DNA of 47,925 nt from a virus (taxonomy: Duplodnaviria > Caudoviricetes). Below are positions 1-6,703 of the stretch, piece by piece. Within the stretch, counting starts at the first letter, position 1; every line of letters starts with the position of its first letter. The DNA is taken from IMG/VR virus record IMGVR_UViG_3300026543_000024, positions 1-47,925 of that record; one strand, 5' to 3'. The notes under the pieces were generated by a model. The model saw only the letters and a program-made list of their open reading frames with translations, made no database searches and was not told the origin of the DNA. A program made the position numbers and the translations under genes.

Positions 1-117
1 AGTTTTGGCGGCACGCTTGGGAGCTTTCACCTCCTTACGCTTGACCGCATCAGCTATGAGGTCATCGAGGTTCATGGCGACTCTACTCTCCGCCATTCAA
101 GTTTGAATATGTGAGTC
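1..117. repeat. Terminal direct repeat, left copy (circular assembly overlap)
   Basis: 1-117 identical to 47809-47925; genes read continuously across the join. Confidence 0.95.
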
Positions 118-707
118 GAATATTCATGCTTCTCGTTGAACCCGTCAATAACTCTAATAAACCCAGTAGATTGTGAATCATGAGGAGGTGTCCCGCCTAC
201 TAACTCAAACCTATTACCCTGAGTATCCTTAACAATCTCTCCGTAGGGGAATTCGATTTCAGAGTCGATTCCATAGAGCTTCCATTCCCCAGGTTTAGGC
301 TTTGGCGAAAACATAACACCTGCAATACCATCAGGCATTATACTATCAGGTAACTTTTCGGCTATTTTCGATTTTATAAGCTGGTCTAGAATACCATCAA
401 GAGAGTTGGTAGCGTGCATGGTTTCAATAGCCTGTCTACGAAGTTTCGATAAAAGTCCCTGAACTGCGGGAGGTAAATCCAATACATTATATTCGATCTT
501 CTCACTATAGTGTCCCTTCTCTGATCCTTCGAGGAAAATAACTTCTTTTTCAAAAAGTACTGTTCCGAGTTTTTCAAGCAAAACCTGATCGACGGGTTCC
601 ACCATCTTGGCCACGTAGTATTTACCAGTGTATTCGTTATGAAATTGAGAGGTGCATATTACCTCCCATTCAACGCCATTTCGCTGGAATTTCTCAGTGC
701 CTTTCAT
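72..707 (-). CDS. Hypothetical protein (211 aa)
   Basis: ORF with GAGGGG RBS; its stop overlaps (ATGA) the start of the next gene across the circular join. Confidence 0.8.
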   Translation of the reverse strand: MKGTEKFQRNGVEWEVICTSQFHNEYTGKYYVAKMVEPVDQVLLEKLGTVLFEKEVIFLEGSEKGHYSEKIEYNVLDLPPAVQGLLSKLRRQAIETMHATNSLDGILDQLIKSKIAEKLPDSIMPDGIAGVMFSPKPKPGEWKLYGIDSEIEFPYGEIVKDTQGNRFELVGGTPPHDSQSTGFIRVIDGFNEKHEYSTHIFKLEWRRVESP

Positions 708-913
708 TACATACCCCTCGCGCGTCTTTTCACGTCTTCGTTTGTGCGAGCATGCTCGGCTAAAACAGCATTACTGCGAACTTCCAGTATTTTAACAACA
801 GGAGCTCCACCTTCTACAAGTCCATCGCCAAACGTATAGGCTGCCTCTTTATCATTAATCTCGTAATGATCGATCCTATTGGTGCTTGGATCATAGTAAA
901 TAACAATAAACAT
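707..913 (-). CDS. Hypothetical protein (68 aa)
   Basis: AGGAG RBS, downstream of a sigma70 promoter, stop overlaps next start. Confidence 0.8.
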   Translation of the reverse strand: MFIVIYYDPSTNRIDHYEINDKEAAYTFGDGLVEGGAPVVKILEVRSNAVLAEHARTNEDVKRRARGM

Positions 914-954
914 TTAAGTTTCTCCTAGAAAACCTGGGCCAAATTACCCAGACA

Positions 955-973
955 ATTATGAATTATTCATAAT
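955..973. promoter_or_regulatory. Perfect 9-1-9 palindrome ATTATGAAT-T-ATTCATAAT, candidate operator
   Basis: Lies at the predicted transcription start of the 980-1009 promoter. Confidence 0.5.
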
Positions 974-979
974 GCAATT

Positions 980-1009
980 ATTGTATCATGGTTTTAGTCA
1001 AGGTGTCAA
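980..1009 (-). promoter_or_regulatory. sigma70-type promoter
   Basis: TTGACA-18 nt-TACAAT with extended -10 TG. Confidence 0.75.
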
Positions 1010-1032
1010 ATACTAATTGTGAGAGTTTTGAC

Positions 1033-1310
1033 AGCCCCCAGGAGTATTCGAGCCTGGGGGCTAATCAGGGGCAGGTGATCTTTTAAAGGGAAACCTGACC
1101 TATGCGCCGACTACACGGAAAGCTGAGGCACTAGGAGTTACCTCAACAACGGGCTCGGCACAACACCCGCACACCTGAATCCGCTTTTTACTGAACTAGG
1201 TTCACCTATTTAACCGACAGGGGCAGCAAAGGCGATCACTCTTTGCGGCGGATAACCACAACTCAATTCATTGCCCCCTCGTTACAATTGGAGAACTGCA
1301 CGAGGAGGAC
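1033..1310 (-). ncRNA. Candidate structured non-coding RNA with multiple helices and an H-type pseudoknot
   Basis: About 400-nt ORF-free gap with at least 8 complementary segments; several contain G-U pairs only on the minus strand; ends in a 10-bp hairpin AGCCCCCAGG/CCTGGGGGCT. Confidence 0.55.
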
Positions 1311-1321
1311 TTTAGCCTGGG

Positions 1322-1816
1322 CTATAGGCCTTGTAAGGTTAAAGGAGCAACTTCCTTGCCACCAAGCTCGGCTTTCAGCTTTTCGGCATCTGCCGCAGCT
1401 TTCTTCAGCTTGATTTGACTCAGTTGAACCTGAATTGCAGGATGCACACGAACGGCTTTTTTCTTGTCGTCATCCATTGCCGACAGGATTTCAACGCACT
1501 TCTCAACAGTCTCACCAGTTTCAAGAGCCAGAGCTTCAGCCAGTTGAGAGATACGCGGTGAACCACCGCCGCCTGCACGTGCAGACCAGTTGCCCTCATT
1601 CAGGTTAACTAAAACGCCGGTGAAGATGCTATGACATTTATCTGCATCCTCGCCAGAATAGCTATCACCCAGCTTTTGGGACAGACCATGTAGCATGAGC
1701 TGCTTTTGAATATCCCCCGAAAAGTCCTTCGGAGATACCTCGACCACTTCGCCAGTGGCGAATTCGAACGTGACTGCTGTGTCACTTACTGCCTTGGAAA
1801 CTTTCTTTTCTGCCAT
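1322..1816 (-). CDS. Unknown early protein, paralogue of 4271-4735
   Basis: GAGGA RBS, probable own promoter; HGLSQKLGDSYSG motif shared with 4271-4735. Confidence 0.9.
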   Translation of the reverse strand: MAEKKVSKAVSDTAVTFEFATGEVVEVSPKDFSGDIQKQLMLHGLSQKLGDSYSGEDADKCHSIFTGVLVNLNEGNWSARAGGGGSPRISQLAEALALETGETVEKCVEILSAMDDDKKKAVRVHPAIQVQLSQIKLKKAAADAEKLKAELGGKEVAPLTLQGL

Positions 1817-1877
1817 CTTACTATTCCTCTTGGTTTAGGTTAAAAGAGGGGCGATTAAGTACCGCCCCCATAAATAC

Positions 1878-1905
1878 ATTATCCACATTCTACGGAGGTT
1901 GTCAA
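1878..1905 (-). promoter_or_regulatory. sigma70-type promoter
   Basis: TTGACA-16 nt-GATAAT upstream of the 1816 gene, followed by a GGGGCG/CGCCCC hairpin. Confidence 0.5.
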
Positions 1906-1912
1906 CCCCTTA

Positions 1913-2623
1913 TTACGCGGTGGCGGGTGGATCAGTCTTTGCATCGCGTTCAAGCTGCTCTTTCTCAGCTTTTTCAGCTTGAGCCTTTTGCACGAGGTTG
2001 GTATGATGCTGAGCTTCCAGTTCACTGTGAGTGGTGGGTGAATCTGTTTCCTCAGGATACTGAGGACCGGCGCTAGGTTCTTCGCCGGAAATATCCTGAG
2101 TTAAGGATTCATCCAATTCAAGTGGAGGAACTAAGTCAGGTGTCTCGATGCCGAAGTGCTTTCCAAGCCTTGGTAGGATTTCGAATTCCTCGAATTCCTC
2201 GGAACCATTTCTGATTGCCGCACCAACACCTTGAACTAGTCGATTTGAAGTTAGTACCTCAGCAATGCCACGATTCTCACTGTAGTTCTTGATATGTACA
2301 CGATATAGAGGCAGCTTGGCCAGATTAACAGAGGCTTTAGCTTCTATGGAACCGGTGTTTGGGTTAAGTAAGACAATACAGGTATTTTCATTATCTGCGT
2401 ATTGCGTGCAGACAACTTCGAATTGCTTCTTGTTCCACTCAACTAAAATGCGTTCATCAACTTCGGCTTCCGGGCCTTGGCCCGGCTGTCCCGCTAGGAA
2501 GTCTGGAGGATCGAGAGGGATGGAAGCATCGGCTTGAGGAAGGTCAGCAGGTGTATTAGGTCCAGCATCGGCCACAGGACCGGATGAACCGGCTTGTGAT
2601 ATATCAGGTATATCGTCTTGCAT
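1913..2623 (-). CDS. Acidic protein with a central DUF4313-like domain
   Basis: GGAG RBS; ASVNL...IKNYSENRG motif; Pro/Asp/Glu-rich disordered ends. Confidence 0.7.
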   Translation of the reverse strand: MQDDIPDISQAGSSGPVADAGPNTPADLPQADASIPLDPPDFLAGQPGQGPEAEVDERILVEWNKKQFEVVCTQYADNENTCIVLLNPNTGSIEAKASVNLAKLPLYRVHIKNYSENRGIAEVLTSNRLVQGVGAAIRNGSEEFEEFEILPRLGKHFGIETPDLVPPLELDESLTQDISGEEPSAGPQYPEETDSPTTHSELEAQHHTNLVQKAQAEKAEKEQLERDAKTDPPATA

Positions 2624-2635
2624 AGGATTTCTCCG

Positions 2636-3151
2636 TTAAGTTTTAGTGAAAAGCGAGGACAGATCGCCCTCAGGGTTAACAGCTTTATTCTCCGGCACCG
2701 CCGGTTCGGAAGAGTCAAGCTTTGGAGTAGCTGCCGCTGCTATTTCATTCATATGCTCGGCGATGATCCGTGCGGCTTTCGCTCGATTCTCGATATCTTC
2801 AGGCGTGTCGGGAGACAGCGGACCAAGGTCCGAGAGGGCGGCTTGGATTGCTAGGTTCTCAGGAGCAAAGTTTTTGTTCAAGAGTTTAATAAATGCGCCA
2901 TCTTCTGTCGCACCTACAGTGATTTGAATTTGATGAAGGCGTTTAGCTTCTCGCAGCTCATCCGGCAAAGCTATACTATCCTCTCGAAAATCAACAGCGT
3001 TGACGTATGCGTAAAGTTGCATACGAGTGCGTTGGGCAATACGCTTATTGGGGCACTTCCATGTGATTCCAGTTTCACCAGCTGCAAATGCTGCGAGCAG
3101 TAGGTCCTTGAAAACCGATGGGAACTTATCAGGGTTCTTACTTCTTGGCAT
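2636..3151 (-). CDS. Hypothetical protein (likely start MPRSKNPDKF)
   Basis: Part of track ORF 2636-3223; ATG at 3151 is coupled to the upstream small gene. Confidence 0.75.
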   Translation of the reverse strand: MPRSKNPDKFPSVFKDLLLAAFAAGETGITWKCPNKRIAQRTRMQLYAYVNAVDFREDSIALPDELREAKRLHQIQITVGATEDGAFIKLLNKNFAPENLAIQAALSDLGPLSPDTPEDIENRAKAARIIAEHMNEIAAAATPKLDSSEPAVPENKAVNPEGDLSSLFTKT

Positions 3152-3305
3152 GACGACATATCGCGCTGATCTTTTGAGTGGATACGTCCAGTATTCTAGC
3201 AATTCTACTGGATGGAACGCCAATGTGTTTCAAGTGTATAAACAATTCAGCGAGGAGTATAGTTGAAAACTCGGTCATATGTACAGGCTTCTTGACTTTA
3301 GTCAT
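3138..3305 (-). CDS. Small HTH-like DNA-binding protein (55 aa, not in the ORF track)
   Basis: MTKVKKPVHM...GVPSSRIARILDVSTQKISAICRHAKK; HTH-like pattern; directly downstream of promoter 3335-3363. Confidence 0.6.
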   Translation of the reverse strand: MTKVKKPVHMTEFSTILLAELFIHLKHIGVPSSRIARILDVSTQKISAICRHAKK

Positions 3306-3334
3306 AGGAGGTCTCTCAATTTGAGTTGAAACCC

Positions 3335-3363
3335 ATTATGGCACGACTCAGCCCAGGTGTCAA
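3335..3363 (-). promoter_or_regulatory. sigma70-type promoter
   Basis: TTGACA-17 nt-CATAAT with extended TG; shares TTTGACACCT with the 1009 promoter. Confidence 0.75.
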
Positions 3364-3444
3364 ATCTATTGATTTCGAGCTTATCCGCTGCTCATTTTCC
3401 CTTTTAGCCAGAGCTTTCCCCTTTATGTACCCCCATTTCGCCGG

Positions 3445-3591
3445 GTTTCTCCATTTTCCTATTTGGACCACCCCCCCACCCCAATCTGTGTGTTTAGTAA
3501 GGGGTAAGTGAAAATAAAAAAAAAATATTTATACCTTAGTACTTACATACATGCATGGGCCGGGGGGTGCAGAATAGCGAAATGGAGAAAC
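3445..3591. repeat. Long imperfect inverted repeat around an A10 tract; candidate replication origin
   Basis: GTTTCTCCATTT (3445-3456) pairs with AAATGGAGAAAC (3580-3591); inner CTATT/AATAG and CACCCCCC/GGGGGGTG arms; A-run at 3516-3525. Confidence 0.7.
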
Positions 3592-3699
3592 TAGGGAAAA
3601 TACCCCACCGAAAGGGAAATTTGGGGGGAAAACTGGGGAAATGCGATTTGTTGATCCAGGGGGAATTGTTGGTGGTCTGATTTAACTGGGGAGGAGGGT

Positions 3700-3713
3700 G
3701 GCCATCCTTGGCC
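3700..3713 (-). promoter_or_regulatory. GGCC-AAGGAU-GGCC hairpin, CsrA/RsmA-type site, copy 1
   Basis: Exact 14-nt repeat of 4246-4259; ANGGAN hexaloop. Confidence 0.5.
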
Positions 3714-3727
3714 AAAGTGTTAAAAAC

Positions 3728-3913
3728 TTATTCAGGAAAACTTAGGTCAATTTGAATTTGCTGTGGTGGGACGTCTGGTAGTGAACCGCGTTTCACATAT
3801 AGTGAAGTAACAGCGGCTTCAGGCTCTTGATCTTTAGCATGATAAACGTGCGTTCCCTTGGTGCTTTTAAAATACAATAAGTTAACCGTTAGGATTTTCA
3901 TATTACGCTCCAT
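3728..3913 (-). CDS. Small hypothetical protein (start may be 3901)
   Basis: ORF; GGAG RBS before MKILT. Confidence 0.75.
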   Translation of the reverse strand: MERNMKILTVNLLYFKSTKGTHVYHAKDQEPEAAVTSLYVKRGSLPDVPPQQIQIDLSFPE

Positions 3914-4013
3914 TACGTTGATTGTTGAACCACCAGTTTATCACAGCTAGTGCCAGGTAGCAATCACTAGTTTCAAAAGCTGTAATTTGTTGGTCTATCA
4001 ACTCCCGCGCCCG

Positions 4014-4037
4014 AAAAAAAAGCCCCATCTCAGGGGC
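4014..4037 (-). terminator. Rho-independent terminator
   Basis: GCCCC-TGAGAT-GGGGC followed by T8 on the minus strand. Confidence 0.8.
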
Positions 4038-4044
4038 CTCAAGA

Positions 4045-4227
4045 TTAACTGACGTATTTAGATTGCACAGTATACGTCTCTACTTTACATCGATCGTGAT
4101 CAGAACGAAAGTGCCTACTTTTTCTAATCGCGTTCCTATGCTTTACAGCTTCAGCTTGGTCATCATAAACCTGTATGATGCTGTCCCTGTTGCTTTCTTC
4201 TAGTAAACTAACAATATAAACTTGCAT
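4045..4227 (-). CDS. Small hypothetical protein (60 aa)
   Basis: AAGGAA RBS; followed by a terminator. Confidence 0.75.
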   Translation of the reverse strand: MQVYIVSLLEESNRDSIIQVYDDQAEAVKHRNAIRKSRHFRSDHDRCKVETYTVQSKYVS

Positions 4228-4245
4228 AATAATTCCTTAAAAATA

Positions 4246-4259
4246 GGCCATCCTTGGCC
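4246..4259 (-). promoter_or_regulatory. GGCC-AAGGAU-GGCC hairpin, CsrA/RsmA-type site, copy 2
   Basis: Just upstream of the RBS of the 4227 gene. Confidence 0.5.
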
Positions 4260-4270
4260 CCGTTACTTCC

Positions 4271-4735
4271 TTAGCTTAAAGTGAGCGGCTTCACGTCACC
4301 GGTCTCGGTGAGACTAGCGGCCTTGGCTTGGGCGCGTTCCAATCCAATCTCGGCTTGTGCCTTGATCAAATCAGGATGCTTTTTAGTCGCGGTTTTCACC
4401 TCGTCCGACATTTTATCCCAAGCTTCCAGTGCGGCTTCAAGGGTTTCGCCTGTGGCACGTGCCAAAGCCTCAACCCATATTCCACCTGTAGAGCCTCCTT
4501 TGCGGTTCCAATCGCCAGCCTTCAATGCGGCTAAAACTCCGTGCATTGCAAGCTTCGCCTCCGCTACGTTGGTTATGCCAGAATAACTATCACCTAGTTT
4601 CTGGCTGAACCCGTGAAGAGCGGCGCGATAAATAACCGCTTCGTTAAACAGACTCAACCCGATTGTTTCGCTGGTTTCGTCCGCCCAGGTAAATGTTATA
4701 CTGGATTCACCAACCAGTTTTTTGGCTATGTTCAT
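4271..4735 (-). CDS. Unknown early protein, first gene of the leftward arm; paralogue of 1322-1816
   Basis: AGGAG RBS; HGFSQKLGDSYSG motif. Confidence 0.9.
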   Translation of the reverse strand: MNIAKKLVGESSITFTWADETSETIGLSLFNEAVIYRAALHGFSQKLGDSYSGITNVAEAKLAMHGVLAALKAGDWNRKGGSTGGIWVEALARATGETLEAALEAWDKMSDEVKTATKKHPDLIKAQAEIGLERAQAKAASLTETGDVKPLTLS

Positions 4736-4751
4736 TATGAACTCCTAGCAA

Positions 4752-4782
4752 CCACGCGATAACAGGCGCGCGTGGAACGCCT
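4752..4782 (-). promoter_or_regulatory. Compact H-type RNA pseudoknot in the 5' leader
   Basis: AGGCG-uu-CCACGCG-CGCCU-guuau-CGCGUGG, ending 5 nt before the AGGAG RBS. Confidence 0.6.
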
Positions 4783-4798
4783 TGTAAACCTTAGCAAA

Positions 4799-4810
4799 TT
4801 GTTAAAGATC
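4799..4810 (-). promoter_or_regulatory. boxA-like Nus-factor antitermination element
   Basis: GATCTTTAACAA, one mismatch to rrn-type boxA GCTCTTTAACAA, in the early-arm leader. Confidence 0.55.
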
Positions 4811-5139
4811 AAGCGATACGCGAATGGGAATCCACCCATAAACACAGGGGAACACCCCATGTCCTAGTCAAATCAGTATGACAAGTCTATACCTAATAGC
4901 ATACCTCGATGCGACCTAAACCATTCAAAATGCGACCTTGGCCAAAATGGTACATCGCCGGCCACAGTGATGACCGCTTAATGCGAATGCGAATCATTCC
5001 CAGGGGGCCGCCATCACCCCCACCCGACCCCTCCAGGCCTCTATCTCTAAGCCATCTAGCGCGATCTCCTGAGCTTTTGATAAACTATTGCATCTGCGCC
5101 ATCGGCGCAATAAGCACCTCGGGTTGCACCCTTAAATTA

Positions 5140-5164
5140 TTGTAAGTTGGATTTCAACTTACAA
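5140..5164. promoter_or_regulatory. Perfect 10-bp inverted repeat TTGTAAGTTG-n5-CAACTTACAA, candidate operator
   Basis: About 55 bp upstream of the late promoter -35. Confidence 0.45.
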
Positions 5165-5219
5165 GCATTCGCCGTAAGCGAACAAGAACTGTCTCCAGCT
5201 ACAGCGGGGCAGATTTAGC

Positions 5220-5248
5220 TTGACAAACGCGTTCGAGTGTGGTAGGCT
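5220..5248 (+). promoter_or_regulatory. sigma70-type late-arm promoter
   Basis: TTGACA-17 nt-TAGGCT with extended TG, upstream of terS. Confidence 0.65.
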
Positions 5249-5276
5249 CGCGCACATACTCTTAGAGACTTGAGCC

Positions 5277-5897
5277 ATGCAGTTTAACTACGAAATCAAA
5301 AAGCTGACGGTGAATCACAATGCGATCGCGGATTGGCTTATTGCGAATCCAGGAAAGGCGCAGCAACGACTTTGTGCCCCAATCTTTGGTATCACTGAAA
5401 GCTGGCTTAGCACACTGATAAATCAGGACGCGTTTCAGTCCTTATTAAAGAATAAACAGGCTGACGCATTCGATCAGGTGATCATTCCGCTTCAGGACAA
5501 AATCGCCGGTGTCGCCCACGCCTCTGTTGAAAAGCTAGGTGTAATCCTCGATAAGACCGAGGATGGGCGGCTTGTCAAGGATATAGCTGACTCAACACTG
5601 AAAGCCCTTGGCTATGGCGGTCAGAAGGCGTCCGCGCAGCTCATTATTAATACCACAAATAATAACCTGACTGTGAATCAAGCCGCCCTTATCGAGGCGC
5701 GTGCTCGTCAGTCTCAACACTACGGGAGGGCCCTTGAGAGTTCTAGCGAAACCGCAGAGTCCCCACCTCAAACTCAAACCTCCGAACTTCAGGATAATCG
5801 AAAACTTGAAATGGGCGAGGCCCGCGAATTACGTTCCGAGCATGTTAACAGCGGAACGGAAGTACAAGGGCAGCCGACGGAAGGGAGTGATTTATGA
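5277..5897 (+). CDS. terS: Probable terminase small subunit
   Basis: First late gene; N-terminal HTH-like segment (FGITESWLSTLIN), helical middle, upstream of terL. Confidence 0.6.
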   Translation: MQFNYEIKKLTVNHNAIADWLIANPGKAQQRLCAPIFGITESWLSTLINQDAFQSLLKNKQADAFDQVIIPLQDKIAGVAHASVEKLGVILDKTEDGRLVKDIADSTLKALGYGGQKASAQLIINTTNNNLTVNQAALIEARARQSQHYGRALESSSETAESPPQTQTSELQDNRKLEMGEARELRSEHVNSGTEVQGQPTEGSDL

Positions 5898-6267
5898 GAG
5901 TCGGGCACATCAATACTTAGAGGCAATGTATGGAAAAGCTTACGTCAGAGCACCTTGGTTCCAGTATCAAGAAGCAAGGGAATCTCGTGTCCGATACTGT
6001 CAGCCAGATGGTTTACTCTTTGACGCCAAGCTTCGACGGATTGTCATCGTTGAGATCAAGCTCCGCCATACTGAAAAGGCGTGGTGGCAGCTCCGACATA
6101 AGTACAGTCCCATTATCGCCTACGTGTTTCCCTGGATAGAGATCGCCTACTGCGAACTCGTCCAGTGGTTTGATATGGCGATCCCCTTTCCTGAGATGGT
6201 TGAACTTAGGCCGGCTGTTCGTATGGCTAGGCCGGATGAAATACAGGTAACGATATGGAAACCTTAA
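5701..6267 (+). CDS. PD-(D/E)XK endonuclease (start may be TTG 5733)
   Basis: YE...QPDG...VEIK...Q..Y motif. Confidence 0.7.
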   Translation: MLVSLNTTGGPLRVLAKPQSPHLKLKPPNFRIIENLKWARPANYVPSMLTAERKYKGSRRKGVIYESRAHQYLEAMYGKAYVRAPWFQYQEARESRVRYCQPDGLLFDAKLRRIVIVEIKLRHTEKAWWQLRHKYSPIIAYVFPWIEIAYCELVQWFDMAIPFPEMVELRPAVRMARPDEIQVTIWKP

Positions 6268-6407
6268 AAGCCGACAAGGTCGGTCCGGAAGAGTACAACA
6301 TCGGGGTTTTTTTCCCGATATTTACCTATAACCAGTTGTCCAGTTCCTCGCTTGAGATCGTGCATCCACCGAAGCGTAAGCCGCGTAAGCGAAGGCGTTC
6401 TAAGTGA
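6255..6407 (+). CDS. Small protein with a very basic C-terminus (50 aa)
   Basis: METLKADK...PPKRKPRKRRRSK; fills the gap; GTGA overlap with the next gene. Confidence 0.5.
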   Translation: METLKADKVGPEEYNIGVFFPIFTYNQLSSSSLEIVHPPKRKPRKRRRSK

Positions 6408-6703
6408 GCGAAATAACTACAGATCACAATCATCCTGGAATTAACAAGGTTCGCGAGGATGGGCAAAACGAAGCGTATATTGTGCTTAGTGAAGAAGAAC
6501 GTGCTCAGGGCTTTGTGAGACCAGTGCGAAGATCCTATATTCACGATAAGTGTGGAGTTTCGACTCGTATTCATCTTAGTATTGCGGAAACCTTTGCTCG
6601 TGATCCTACCTTCTATAAGGGTGGTGGCTTCTGTTGCGGTTGTGGTGAGCATGTACCTAGTGCCGAGCTTAAGTGGGAAGATGGGGGGATAGTAGGTCAA
6701 TGA
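6404..6703 (+). CDS. Small Cys/His (zinc-binding) phage protein
   Basis: YIVLSEEERAQGFVRPVR..Y.H..CG..T...FCCGC..H.P pattern typical of phage proteins. Confidence 0.75.
   Translation: MSEITTDHNHPGINKVREDGQNEAYIVLSEEERAQGFVRPVRRSYIHDKCGVSTRIHLSIAETFARDPTFYKGGGFCCGCGEHVPSAELKWEDGGIVGQ

Noticed and set aside
1165-1230. Pistol ribozyme (GUUAAAUAG followed by AAGCG and AGGU on the minus strand)
   Set aside because: The required P1-loop pseudoknot partner and the P2/P3 pairings could not be built.
4909-5145. 78-aa + strand ORF and the many antisense or nested ORFs in the track
   Set aside because: No RBS, low-complexity translations, or shadows of well-supported genes on the other strand or frame.
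6300-6320. GGGGTTTTTTT slippery site or hairpin as a programmed frameshift
   Set aside because: The surrounding ORFs are already complete and coupled, and no sensible fusion product is evident.
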